Shown one piece after another: positions 24,701-36,897 of a DNA stretch of 64,000 nucleotides. The notes beneath the pieces are model-generated. The model did no database searches. It was not told the origin of the DNA and saw nothing but the letters and a program-made list of their open reading frames with translations. Location of the stretch: contig NIVC01000106.1 of NCBI GenBank assembly GCA_002269645.1, positions 682,001 to 746,000 on the forward strand, in the 5' to 3' direction. Position 1 is the stretch's first letter, and every line of letters starts with the position of its first letter. This DNA is from Macrostomum lignano. Lineage: Eukaryota. A program made the translations under genes and the position numbers.

Positions 24701-27700
24701 AGAGAGTATATACAGTGTCTATGGGGCGATTCCTAGAGAGTATATACAGTGTCTATGGGGCGATTCCTAGAGAGTATATCCAGTGTCTATGAGGCGATTC
24801 CTAGAGAGTATATACAGTGTCTATGGGGCGATTCCTAGAGAGTATATACAGTGTCTATGGGGCGATTCCTAGAGAGTATATACAGTGTCTATGAGGCGAT
24901 TCCTAGAGAGTATATACAGTGTCTATGGGGCGATTCCTAGAGAGTATATACAGTGTCTATGGGGCGATTCCTAGAGAGTATATACAGTGTCTATGGGGCG
25001 ATTCCTAGAGAGTATATACAGTGTCTATGGGGCGATTCCTAGAGAGTATATACAGTGTCTATGAGGCGATTCCTAGAGAGTATATACAGTGTCTATGGGG
25101 CGATTCCTAGAGAGTATATACAGTGTGTCTATGGGGCGATTCCTAGAGAGTATATACAGTGTCTATGAGGCGATTCCTAGAGAGTATGGGGCGATTCCTA
25201 GAGAGTATGGGGCGATTCCTAGAGAGTATACAGTGTCTATGGGGCGATTCTTAGAGTGTAAAGTGCCAGATCTCACCAGGAATGGCATCAGGCTTAGCGT
25301 AGCCAATGACAACCCAGATCACGAGAGTAAGACTGGACACAATCAGCACCATCGGTACAAAATAGCTGGCTATCTTATCAGCCAACTGTTGGATCGGTGC
25401 TTTTGAAGTTTGCGCCTCTTCAACTAGGCGGACAATTTGCGACAGAGCCGAATCCGCGCCAACGTGAGTGGCCTCGATAATTAGTACGCCATTCTGGTTC
25501 ATGGAACCGCCAATCACGTCTGAGCCAGGTATCTGATAATCATGAGTGAATGATGATCGATAATAATAATTGATTACACCTGTCCTAATGGGTAGATGTG
25601 CAACCGAAAGCTGTTCAGTCCAAGGACTGGGGGGGGGGGGGGCGCCACACACACCCTCAATTAACCCAGCTAATGCTGGCACCCATTTTACAGCTGCTTA
25701 AGGACATGCTGTTCCGAGTGGATCGGGAATCGAACCCCCGACCTTCAAAACGTGAGTCCGACGCTCTAACCACTAGGTCACAAGTTGAATTGAAAGCTTC
25801 ATCGATTTATCGAATATACATTGGCTTGGTAAGAGTTTATCATAGAAATCGCATTATGCTACTAAATTGGTAAAATATTACACTTTCTCACCTTGGGCAC
25901 AGGCAGCGGTTCCCCAGTGATCATTGATTCATTGACCTCGCTCTCTCCGTACACTACGCGACCATCGGCTGGTACTTTTTCGCCTGGCACAACGCGGAGT
26001 TTGTCGCCGCGCTGAACCAAACCTACCGGGATCTTCTCGCTGCTAAGGATGCTTCCGCTGTCGTCAAGGGTGACTAGGGCGGCTTCTGTAGCCTGTTGGT
26101 GTCAAGCAAATATGTAGGGCATTTGACTCTGGTCTGTTGCTAACGTATAGTGCTAACGTATAGGGATTCAAATGTGCAAATGTTTGAGAATGCAATTTTG
26201 AGTCTCATGGGGATTTTCATTTTAGGATTGGGATTTCTCATTTTGGGATTGGGATATCTCATTTTAGGATTGGGATTTCTCATTTTGGGATTGGGATGTC
26301 TCATTTTAGGATTGGAATTTCTCTTTTTAGGAATGGGATTTCTCATTATGGGATTGGGATTTTTCATTATGGGATTGGGATTTCGCATTGTGGGATTGGG
26401 ATTTCTCATTATGGGATTGGGATTTCTCATTGTGGGATTGGGATTTCTCATTATGGGATTAGGATTTCTCATTATGGGATTGGGATTTCTCATTTGGGAT
26501 TGGGATTTCGCATTGTGGGATTGGGATTTCTCATTATGGGATTAGGATTTCTCATTGTGGGATTGGGATTCCTCATTATGGGACTGGGATTTCTCATTTT
26601 AGGATTGGGACTTCTCATTTTGAGATTGGGATTTCTCTTTTTAGGATTGGGATTTCTCTTTTTAGGATTGGGATTTCTCATTTTAGGATTGGGATGTCTC
26701 ATTTTAGGATTGGAATTTCTCTTTTTAGGAATGGGATTTCTCATTATGGGATTGGGATTTCTCATTATGGGATTGGGATTTCGCATTGTGGGATTGGGAT
26801 TTCTCATTATGGGATTGGGATTTCGCATTGTGGGATTGGGATTTCTCATTATGGGATTAGGATTTCTCATTATGGGATTGGGATTTCGCATTGTGGGATT
26901 GGGATTTCTCATTATGGGATTAGGATTTCTCATTGTGGGATTGGGATTTCTCATTATGGGACTGGGATTTCTCATTTTAGGATTGGGACTTCTCATTTTG
27001 AGATTGGGATTTCTCTTTTTAGGATTGGGATTTCTCTTTTTAGGATTGGGATTTCTCATTTTGGGATTGGGATTTCTCATTTTATGATTGGGATTGGGAT
27101 TTCTCATTTTGGGATGGGGTTTCTCATTTTGGGATTGGAATTTCTCATTTCGGGATTGAAATTAGAAGATTAGAACCCAGAATTAATAAAAAAATTATAA
27201 CAATGATTTTGTGGTTTTTATTCTCAAGAGATCACCAACGCAAAGATTCACCTGAAGCGACATCAGTTTGCTCAACGCCTCTGAAGTTTTACCCTTGGCG
27301 ATGTGCTCAAGCCAGCGGCCCAGAGACACAAACACCATCAGCATTGGAGTCGTCTCAAAAAACGTCTTCGGGCTGCCAGGCTCTCGCAGTCCCATGGCAA
27401 CTAGCACAGCCAGCAGGGAGTACACGTATGATATCGTGGTTGCCATGACAATCAATACGTCCATATTGGTGGTTCGATGACGCAACGCTTTATAAGTCTG
27501 AGTGTAGAAGTATCGGCCGCCAACAAACTGTACGGGAGTGGCCAAAAGGAACATGAGCAGATTTTCCCAGGACAGGCCGGCGGTCACCTGGCAATGTGGA
27601 AAATAATTTATAGAAAATTAGCATTGGCGATATGTTGTGTAATTGAATATATAGCTTTAGCCTTCCTAAGTATAGGTGTCTTTAGAGAGGTCAAGTAAGT

Positions 27701-30700
27701 GTCTTCAGGGAGGTCAAATAAGATGTCTTTAGAGAGGTAAAATAGGTGTCTTCAAGGTCAAGCAAAGTGTCTTTAGGAAGATCAATTAAGGTGTCTTTAG
27801 GGAAGTCAGGTAGGTGTCTTTTGGGAGGTCAAATAGGTGTCTTTAGGGAAGTCAAGTAAGGTGTCTTTCGGGAGGTCAAGTAGGTGTCTTTAGGGAGGTA
27901 AAGTAAGGTGTCTTTAGGGAGGTCAAGTAGGTGTCTTTAGAAAGATAAAGTAAGGTGTCTTTAGAAAGGTAAAGTAAGGTGTCTTTAGGGAGGTCAAGTA
28001 AGGTGTCTTTAGGGAGGTCAGGTAAGTTTCTTTAGGGAGGTCAAATAGGTGTCTTTAGGGAGGTCAAGTAAGGTGTCTTTATAGAGGTCAAGTAGCTGTC
28101 TTTAGGGAGGTCAGGTAGGTGTCTTTAGGGACGTCAAGTAGGTGTCTTTTGGGAGGTCAAATAGGTGTCTTTAGGGAAGTCAAATAGGTGTCTTTAGGGA
28201 GGTCAAATGGGTGTTTTCAGGGAGGTCAAGTAAGTGTTTTTCGGGAGGTAAGATAAGCCGATAAGGTGTCTTTACGGAGGTCAAATAGGTGTTTTCAGGG
28301 AGGTCAAAAAGGTGTTTTCAGGGAGGTCAAATAGGTGTTTTCAGGGAGGTCAAGTAAGGTGTCTTTAGGGAGGTCAGGTAGGTGTCTTTAGGGAGGTCAA
28401 GTAAGGTGTCTTTATGGAGGTCAGGTATGTGTCTTTAGGGAGGTCAAATAGGTGTCTTTAGGGAGGTCAGGTATGTGTCTTTAGGGAGGTCAAATAGGTG
28501 TCTTTAGGGAGGTCAGGTATGTGTCTTTAGGGAGGTCAAATAGGTGTCTTTAGGGAGGTCCAGTAAGGTGTCTTTCGGGAGGTCAAGTAAGGTGTTTTTC
28601 GGCAGGTCAAGTAGGTGTCTTTAGGGAGGTCAAGTAAGGTGTCTTTAGGGAGGTCAGGTAGGTGTCTTTAGGGGTCTAGTAAGGTGTCTTTAGGGAGGTC
28701 AAGTAAGGTGTCTTTGGGAGGTCAAGTAAGGTGTCTTTAAAGAGGTTAATCAAGTAAGGTGTCTTTGGGAGGTCAAGTAAGGTGTCTTTGGGAGGTCAAG
28801 TAAGGTGTCTTTAAAGAGGTTAATCAAGTAAAGTGTCTTTGGGAGGTCAAGTAAGGTGTCTTTAGGGAGGTCAAGTAAGGTGTCTTTAGGGAGGTCAAGT
28901 AAGGTGTCTTTAGGGAGGTCAAGTAAGGTGTCTTTAGGGAGGTCAAGTAAGGTGTCTTTAGGGAGGTCAAGTAGGTGTCTTTAGGGACGTCAAGTAGGTG
29001 TCTTTAGGGAGGTAAAGTAAGGTGTCTTTAGGGAGGTAAAGTAAGGTGTCTTTAGGGAGGTAAAGTAAGGTGTCTTTAGGGAGGTAAAGTAAGGTGTCTT
29101 TAGGGAGGTAAAGTAAGGTGTCTTTAGGGAGGTCAAGTAAGGTGTCTTTAGGGAGGTCAAGTAAGGTGTCTTTAGGGAGGTCAAGTAGGTGTCTTTAGGG
29201 ACGTCAAGTAGGTGTCTTTAGGGAGGTAAAGTAAGGTGTCTTTAGGGAGGTCAAGTAAGGTGTCTTTAGGGAGGTCAAGTAAGGTGTCTTTAGGGAGGTC
29301 AAGTAAGGTGTCTTTAGGGAGGTCAAGTAAGGTGTCTTTAGGGAGGTCAAGTAGGTGTCTTTAGGGACGTCAAGTAGGTGTCTTTAGGGAGGTAAAGTAA
29401 GGTGTCTTTAGGGAGGTAAAGTAAGGTGTCTTTAGGGAGGTAAAGTAAGGTGTCTTTAGGGAGGTAAAGTAAGGTGTCTTTAGGGAGGTGTGCATTGAGT
29501 GCGTGCCTGCGCACAGTATTGAAGACTAGCAAATGCAGGTAAGTAATAGAGATACGCAAGCTCCTTGATAGCCGGTCTCACCATAGGTGTACAGGGTCGC
29601 CCATGAGCGACAGTAGCATTAGCATTGGTGTGCGTGTGCGGCGACCCGGCATCACCTGAGGGCGCTGAGAGGCCTTTAGAATGGCAGGAGTGATCGAATG
29701 CGGCCATAAATGCCACCATAATAACCATAGTTGGCAGGCCGAATACTAGGGAGTAGAGAAAGGACCGACGCCAGCGATGCGTGTGGCTAACAATCCGACG
29801 GCCTTGACGCTCTGAAGCGGTCAGGTCGCTGGCTAGGGCAGCGGTGAAGCCGGCGTCAACTATAGCGGCTATGATCGATCTGGGTCCCGTCGCGTCCGTT
29901 TCGTAAACAAATCGGCCGCGTTCGGTTGCTAAGGCAACCGCGGCTTCGACTACGCCTGGTACGGCTAGTGCGGCTCGTTCAACTTTGGCTACGCAGGAGC
30001 TGCAGGTCATGCCGCCGATGTCCAGGGTCACCGTGGTCCGGCCGGGACCCGCCGCTCCAGAGGCGCCGTCCGCATCCAGCAACTGGGTGTGCGGGTTGAG
30101 GGGGCGAGTGGGATTCCGGGTGAGCTGCGGGGTTTTCAGTTGTGTGGTGTTTTGCGTCTGGGTGTGGTGTAGGATGTGTACCTGTGAGGTGTGGGAGCCT
30201 TACGTGTGCGGTATGGGGTCTTGTGTGTGGGTTGTGGGAATCCTACATGTAGGGTGTGGGAAGCTTACATGTGGAGTATGGGAGCCTTACGTGTGGGGTA
30301 TGGGATTCTGCCATGTGGGGTGTGGGAATCTTACGTGTGAGGTGTGGGAGTCTCACGTGTGGCTTATGGGAATCTTACGTGTGGGGTATGGGAATCTTAC
30401 GTGTGGGGTATGGGAATCTTACGAGTGGGGTATGGGAATCTTACGTGTGTGGTATGGGGTCTTGCGTGTGGGGTATGGGTGTCTTACGTGTGGGGTATGG
30501 GTGTCTTACGTGTGGGGTATGGGAATCTTACGTGTGTGGTATGGGGTCTTGCGTGTGGGGTATGGGTGTCTTACGTGTGGGGTATAGGTGTCTTACGTGT
30601 GGGATATGGGAGCCTTACGTGTGGGGTATGGGAATCTTACGTGTGTGGTATGGGGTCTTGCGTGTGGGGTATGGGTGTCTTACGTGTGGGGTATAGGTGT

Positions 30701-33700
30701 CTTACGTGTGGGATATGGGAGCCTTACGTGTGGGGTATGGGATTCTGCCGTGTGGGGTGTGGGAATCCTACGTGTGGGGTATGGGTCTTACGTGTGGGGT
30801 GTGCATGCCTGAGTTCATTGTGCCGTATGAGGTTACGCAATGATACGCAAACAGATAATTTAATAGCCGTTTACCTCAGCCTCAAATCCAATATCTACAA
30901 TCTTGTTAGCAATCTGCGAAGCCAGTATATAAGACGGATCGAAACGAACTTCCGCAGTGCCGCTCATCAGGGACACAAGTACACTGTGCACTCCCGCCGC
31001 CTTCTTCAATTGACGCTCAATATTATAGACGCAGCTGGAGCAGGTCATGCCCGACACTCTGATCATGCATTTCTCGCCGTCCAAGCGAAGAGGCGACACG
31101 CTGGGACGCGACGATGCGGCGGCGGTGATCGCTGGGTCGGCACTGCTGGCATTGGCATTGGCATCGTCGGTGTGAACCAGGAGTTCGTCTGTGCGAAAGC
31201 CCAGCTTCAGCACCTGGTACATTTTGCGGTGTGCGCAGTGTTGGAGTTGTTCGCTAGTTAATGAATTTGATGCTAGTGGGTCAATCAGTGGGTCAAGCAA
31301 TGGGTCAATCAGTGGGTCAGTAAGTCAATCGGTGAGTCAATCAATGGGGCAATAAGTTGTTTTACTCAGTGAGTCAATTAGTGAGTCGATCAGTGGGTCA
31401 AGCAATGGGTCAATCAGTGGGTCAAGCAATGGGTCAACTAGTGGGTCAAGCAATGGGTCAATCAGTGGATCAAGCAATGGGTCAATCAGTGGGTCAATCA
31501 GTGGGTCAAGCAATGGGTCAATCAGTGGGTCAAGCAATGGGTCAATCAGTGAGTCAATCAATGGGGCAATAAGTTGTTTCACTCAGTGAGTCAATTAGTG
31601 AGTCAATCAGTGGGTCAAGCAATGGGTCAATTAGTGGGTCAAGCAATGGGTCAACTAGTGGGTCAAGCAATGGGTCAATCAGTGGATCAAGCAATGAGTA
31701 AATCATTGGGTCAATCAGTGGGTCAATCATTGGGTCAATCAGAGAGTCAATTAGTGGGTCAATCAGAGAGTCAGTGGGTCAATCAGAGAGTCAATCAGTG
31801 GGTCAATCCGCGAGTCAATAAATAGGTCGATAAGCGGGTCAGTCAGCGAGTTAATGAGTGTATATAGTCAAATAAGATTCAAACCAACAATGCAAACCTG
31901 ATTCCTCAAATCTTTCTCGCTGAACCGACTCAAATCGTACACAAAGCGGCCCAACTCATTTTCGAGGTCAACTTTAGCCGACAGCACAGCCGGCACGTTA
32001 TCTTTGAAATGGCTCTCAATTTTGTACACGCAGGATTTGCAGTGCATTCCGTAGATTTTGAACTCGGACGAGGCGGTCAACAGAGGAGCGGACAGTTTCT
32101 TAGAATTCAACTGTTGCTGAGCGTCATCCGCAAATTCTTCAGCCGCAAAGCCCAGCTTAGATATTTGAGCAATTAATTGCTGGACGCTAATCAAATTCGG
32201 ATCGAATATTATTCGGCCGCGATTTTTTTCTAACGACACGGCTACAAATTTGATTCCGGCAAGATTTTGCAGCTGCGACTCGATGGTGCGAACACAGCTG
32301 CCGCAGGTCATGCCCCGGATGGTCAGGTCGACTGGAACTGATGCGCTGGCTGATGAGGCTGGCGGCTGAGCCTGGGGAGTCTGAGGCTGCTGGCCTGGCC
32401 ACGCTAGTGTAGCCGCTGGGGATGAGGTTGGGTGTGGATTCGAGGGTGCGATGAGCGGGTGCGCAACTGTCTGGCGATAGGGAGCGCCGGCTACAGAGGG
32501 GTTGCCAGCTACAGGAAGGGCGCCAGCTACAGGAAGGGCGCCAGCTACAGAGGGGGCGCCAGCTATAGAGGGGGCGCTAGAGATACAACAGGCGCCAGCT
32601 ACAGAGGGGGCGCCAGCTACAGAAGGGGCGCCAGCTACAGAGGGGGCGCCAGCTACAGAGGGGTTGCCAGCTACAGAGGGGGCGTCAGCTACAGAAGGGG
32701 CGCCAGCTACAGAGGGGGCGCCAGCTACAAAGGGGGCGCCAGCTACAGGGAGGGGGCGCGAGCTACATAGGGGGCGCCAGCTACAGGGGGGGGCAGCTAC
32801 AGAGGGGGCACCAGCTAAAGACTGGGCGCCAGCTACAGAGGGGTTGCCAGCTACAGAAGGGGCGCCAGCTACAGAGGGGGCGCCAGCTACAGAGGGGGCG
32901 CCAGCTACAGAGGGGGCGCCAGCTACAGAGGGGGCGCCAGCTAGAGAGAGGCGCCAGCTAGAGAGGAGGCGACAGCTACAGAAGGGGCGCCAGCTACAGA
33001 GGGGGCGCCAGCTAGAGAGGAGGCGCCAGCTACAGAGGGGGCGCCAGCTACAGAAAGGGCGCCAGCTACAGAAAGGGCGCCAACTACAGAGGGGGCACCA
33101 GCTATAGAGTGGGCGCCAGCTACAAAGGGGGCGCAAGCTACAGAGGGGGCGCCAGCTACAGAGGGGGCGCCAGCTACAGGGGGAGGGTAGCTACAGAGGG
33201 GGCGCCAGCTAAAGACGGGGCGCCGGCTACAGAAAGGACGCCAGCTACAGAAAGGGCGCCAACTACAGAGAGGGCGCCAGCTATAGAGTGGGCGCCAGCT
33301 ACAGAGGAGGCGCCAGCTACAGAGGGGGCGCCAGCTACAGAGGGGGCGCCAGCTACAGAGGGGGCCAGCTACAGAAGGGGCGCCAGCTACAGAGGGGGCG
33401 CCAGCTACAGAGGGGGCGCCAGCTACAGAGGAGGCGCCAGCTACAGAGGGGGCGCCAGCTACAGGGGGGCCAGCTACAGAAGGGGCGCCAGCTACAGAAG
33501 GGGCGCCAGAAGTGGGATAATCTTGAGGTAGGGAAAGAAGCCTACCATTCTTAGAAACGCCTGCATCAATAGGCAGATGTACGTCGAATCCAGCATCCTC
33601 GATGCACTCCCGAACCTGCTCGGCGCTAATCCTGCTGGGATCAAAATCGATGCTAGCAGATTTATCCTCAAGCGATACTCGCACTGACACAACGCCGGGA

Positions 33701-34377
33701 CGAGATTTTAAACAGTTTTCAATATTTTTGACGCAAGATTGACAGGTCATGCCTTCGACTAGAAGTCTAACAGAATCCGTGGTCACTCCGGCGGTGGATG
33801 GCTGGCCGAAAGTTATCTCATCAGGCGGCTGGGAGCTGTCAACTAACCTGGCTTCAAAGCCGCAGTTGTCTATGGCCTCAACCACATCTGCCGCGGAAAT
33901 ACCAGTGGACAGATGATAGACAGTTGCTAAGGCCTGTTCCAATGACACAGATACAATTAGAACGCCCGGCTGCCCAGCAACTGCTCGTTCAATATTCGAC
34001 ACACAACTTGAACAGGTCATGCCGTCAACTCGAACTAGAGTTCGCCTCAAATCGTGGACTCCAGCTGGCAGACTGGGAGCTGGCTGACATTCGAATCCCA
34101 TGTCATCGACACCTGAAGCGACAGTTTCTATGGAGCATTTAGCGGCATCGTGCAGTAGCCAGGCCTCGTTGCGAGCCAAACTAACCGTTGCCATGGCGAC
34201 GCCAGGTGTACCGCGAATCAATTTGTCAGTAATGTTCGATACGCAGGATTGACAGGTCATGCCAATGATTGACAGGTGAGACAAGCGCATGCTGCTGCTA
34301 TTATTAGCATTGTTGAGCTCGGCAGCTCCGGCTGGTGGCTTCTGATCCCCCTCAGGGATCATTGCGAAATTTTGCAT
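18704..34377 (-). CDS. ATP7: Copper-transporting P1B-type ATPase (ATP7A/ATP7B homologue), 1575 aa, seven HMA domains
   Basis: 12 exons: 33546-34377, 31898-32415, 30875-31213, 29582-30082, 27252-27587, 25892-26092, 25277-25532, 22511-22932, 21859-22188, 20373-20733, 19203-19543, 18704-18994. Total 4728 nt, all GT-AG and phase-consistent. Motifs: 7x GM(T/H)CxSC, TGEP, CPC, DKTGT, TGDN, GDGIND, YN in TM7 and MALSS in TM8. Confidence 0.97.
19047..19180. repeat. 20-bp minisatellite CTCTAGTGTCTGCACTGTCA, ATP7 intron 11
   Basis: About 6-7 tandem copies. Confidence 0.93.
19560..20300. repeat. AT-rich minisatellite of about 20 bp, GTTAATTATCGATATTGAAA, ATP7 intron 10
   Basis: Diverged tandem copies around an ATCGAT core. 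Confidence 0.88.
20902..21470. repeat. 22-bp minisatellite ATTCTATCCTCTAGAGGGGGAG, ATP7 intron 9
   Basis: Tandem copies read directly; abuts the truncated SINE. Confidence 0.95.
21493..21826 (+). mobile_element. tRNA-derived SINE, family A, 5'-truncated copy in ATP7 intron 9
   Basis: Clearly homologous to 38062-38440, sharing AAGTGTACATGCCTAACGAT, TGCGTATGACTGCGTACGTATCCGCGCGCTTGT, GTAATGCCTCTCGCCGGTTGTG and a CTGCCTCTAAT..AAAAG end. Confidence 0.75.
22350..22460. repeat. Decayed or nascent repeat of about 28 bp (TTTTTGGCGCC.ATATTT.CA x4), ATP7 intron 8
   Basis: Four imperfect copies. Confidence 0.6.
22985..25255. repeat. 34-bp (+/-2) minisatellite GGGGCGATTCCTAGAGAGTATATACAGTGTCTAT, ATP7 intron 7
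   Basis: Tandem copies read directly. Confidence 0.97.
25561..25782 (-). mobile_element. tRNA-derived SINE, family B, in ATP7 intron 6
   Basis: The minus strand reads GTGACCTAGTGGTTAGAGCG (A box), an anticodon-like loop CTCACGT and GGTTCGATTCC (B box). The acceptor stem does not pair. It continues with a GTCCTT..CTGTAAATGGGTGCC core and an (ATT)n tail. Confidence 0.65.
26205..27165. repeat. 21-bp minisatellite TGGGATTGGGATTTCTCATT(A/T/G), ATP7 intron 5
   Basis: Tandem copies read directly, with a higher-order block duplication. Confidence 0.95.
27670..29490. repeat. 24/23-bp minisatellite TAGGGAGGTCAAGTAAGGTGTCTT, ATP7 intron 4
   Basis: Tandem copies read directly; homogeneous near 29490 and diverged near 27670. 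Confidence 0.95.
30160..30800. repeat. 22-bp minisatellite GTGTGGGGTATGGGAATCTTAC, ATP7 intron 3
   Basis: Tandem copies read directly. Confidence 0.93.
31272..31850. repeat. 12-bp minisatellite GGGTCAATCAGT/GGGTCAAGCAAT, ATP7 intron 2
   Basis: Alternating 12-mers with a larger block duplication. Confidence 0.93.
32478..33510. repeat. 18-bp GC-rich minisatellite GGCGCCAGCTACAGAGGG, ATP7 intron 1
   Basis: Tandem copies read directly. Confidence 0.95.
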
Positions 34378-35329
34378 GAAAATATAATAATAAAGTATGT
34401 GATTCTAACTGTTATTTTAAGCAAAACTACTAACTAGAAGTAACTAGAAGTAGTGTAATTTGAGCATTTCTGTCTTTTTTGTTATTTTTAATTCTTCCAC
34501 ATCCCTCGAAGCTGCAAGTATGATAGTTTAAATATAAACTTTTATTGAAAAAACGCTCCCTACTTACTGCTAGTAGTTAAAAGCAAGCCTAATGATAACA
34601 AAAGTCAAAGTCAGCTAAATCATTCTTTAATTTATTTTCAAAGCAGATACTTTATATTTCAACCTTGGCCTCGGGAGGGACTCTGATTGAATCGATCAAT
34701 TACTATAAAAAATACCTGCGCAAGCAATTCGTCCATTACAGACAAAAAATAACTCCGAATTAGAAAACCATGCACAGATAAAATTACATTTGAAATTTAT
34801 AAGCAAACAAATAATTTTTTATACAAGTGACACGACGAGAAACAAAAAACAATGTGTAAATAAAGCAGGTTATTACTTCCAGGAAGATGGTCCAGAACAC
34901 AAGAATCACAATTTTATATTATTATAACAACAACAACAGGGTCTAAAATTACAATAGTGTGGAACGCTGACATTTTAATAATAAATGTCAAGCCCCACTT
35001 GAAATGTTGTTCGCATTACAAATTTTATAATATTGTTAGCCAAAATAACAATATAGTTAATACAGTTAATAGTTAATATCTGCATTATTGACAGTAGGCA
35101 GTCAAAACTAAAAATAATGACAGGCAATAAAATAATTATAAAGTGCACACGGTGAAAGCGATAAGGCCCGGCCGCTACCCAAAGGACTGCTTAATAACTA
35201 TGAGTTGTTAAGTAGTCCTTGCCACTACTAGTCTGTAGATCTGTTTCGCACAGGTGGGTATTAAGTGGATAGGGAGGATGCGAAAGGAGAATGGCTTTAT
35301 AGATGAAAGTGATAGGACGAGTTGGGAGG

Positions 35330-36085
35330 ACGGAGAGGAGAAGAAAGGAGAGGAGAGGAGAGGAGAGGAGAGGAGAGAAGAGGAGAGGAGAGGAGAGGAG
35401 AGGAGAGGAGAGGAGAGGAGAGAAGAGGAGAGGAGAGGAGAGGAGAGAAGAGGAGAGGAGAGGAGAGGAGAGGAGAGGAGAGGAGAGGAGAGGAGAGGAG
35501 AGGAGAGGAGAGGAGAGGAGAGGAGAGGAGAGGAGAGGAGAGGAGAGAAGAGGAGAGGAGAGGAAAGGAGGAGAGGAGAGGAGAGGAGAGGAGAGGAGAG
35601 AAGAGGAAAGGAGAGGAGAGGAAAGGAGAGGAGAGAAGAGAGGAGAGGAAAGGAGGAGAGGGTAGGAGAGGAGAGGAAAGGAGAGGAAAGGAGAGGAGAG
35701 GAGAGGAGAGGAAAGGAGAGGAGACGAGAGAAGAGGAGAGGAAAGGAGAGGAGACGAGAGAAGAGGAGAGGAGAGGAGAGGAGAGGAAAGGAGAGGAGAG
35801 AAGAGAGGAGAGGAAAGGAGGAGAGGGTAGGAGAGGAAAGGAGAGGAGAGAAGAGGAGAGGAGAGGAGAGGAAAGGAGGAGAGGAGAGGAAAGGAGAGGA
35901 GAGAAGAGAGGAGAGGAAAGGAGGAGAGGGTAGGAGAGGAAAGGAGAGGAGAGAAGAGGAGAGGAGAGGAGAGGAAAGGAGGAGAGGAGAGGAGAGGAGA
36001 GGAAAGGAGAGGAGACGAGAGAAGAGGAGAGGGTAGGAGAGGAGGAGGAGGGTAGGAGAGGAGAGGAAAGGAGAGGAGACGAGAG
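35330..36085. repeat. (AGGAG)n pentamer-based purine microsatellite upstream of ATP7
   Basis: Read directly from the sequence. Confidence 0.95.
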
Positions 36086-36897
36086 AATGTACGAGAAAGG
36101 ACAAAAGCAGAGAATGTGAGGTGAAGGGGCTGCATTAGCATGATGAAATAAGTAAAGCACGGAAAGCCCTCTACATATAGGAGAAAGAACAAATTAGTTG
36201 TGGTATAATCGTTAGTTAGAAGCAGCAAACTAATAAAGTTGCCTCTTAAATAAAATATCATGAAATAATTTGCCAGACCTCTGTCTAGCACTGTTAATCA
36301 AACAAAGCCTATATCTAACCGGCGTACTTGCTGATACAAAAAATTACAAAAAACTATTTATTTAAAAGAAAGTCGAACAAACAGACAAAGAAACAAACAA
36401 CTGGCCAAATATTTATCCCAGCAGCACCGTGTTTATTTAAATTAACTACTCTTAGTAAAACTAAGATATATAGGGCTTTATTTAGGCAACGAAAAAAATT
36501 GACCCGAAAAGGGCCGTTTTACTTTCATAGAAGCTTTACAACAGGCTTAGACTGACTGCAAATCGATGCGCAGCAACTATCTTTATTCACTTCTATTAAT
36601 TTACTGCCTGCATGTACTAACACTTCCGCCAGCACTGATATTAGAATAACTAGATTTCACTCGTAAAAAATTGCCTATCAACTCTTTTGGGTAGTAAAGT
36701 AACCTTTTTTCTTTTATATTAGCAAAAAATAATTAAATTTTACAAGACATTTACAGTTTTTTTAGCTGCAGCAAACGCTGAGCTGAATGGGGCCTGCAAC
36801 CCAGTGGCCTAAATCTATCGAGCAAGACAAAAAAGGTGCCGCCCCAGCCAGACCGTTAAACGGTTAGACTTTCCTCTTGCCCGCTTGTGTTCTAACT

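Noticed and set aside
25715-25790. Functional tRNA-Val(CAC) gene
   Set aside because: The acceptor stem does not pair, the T-stem is disrupted and a SINE-like body and tail follow; treated as a SINE head.
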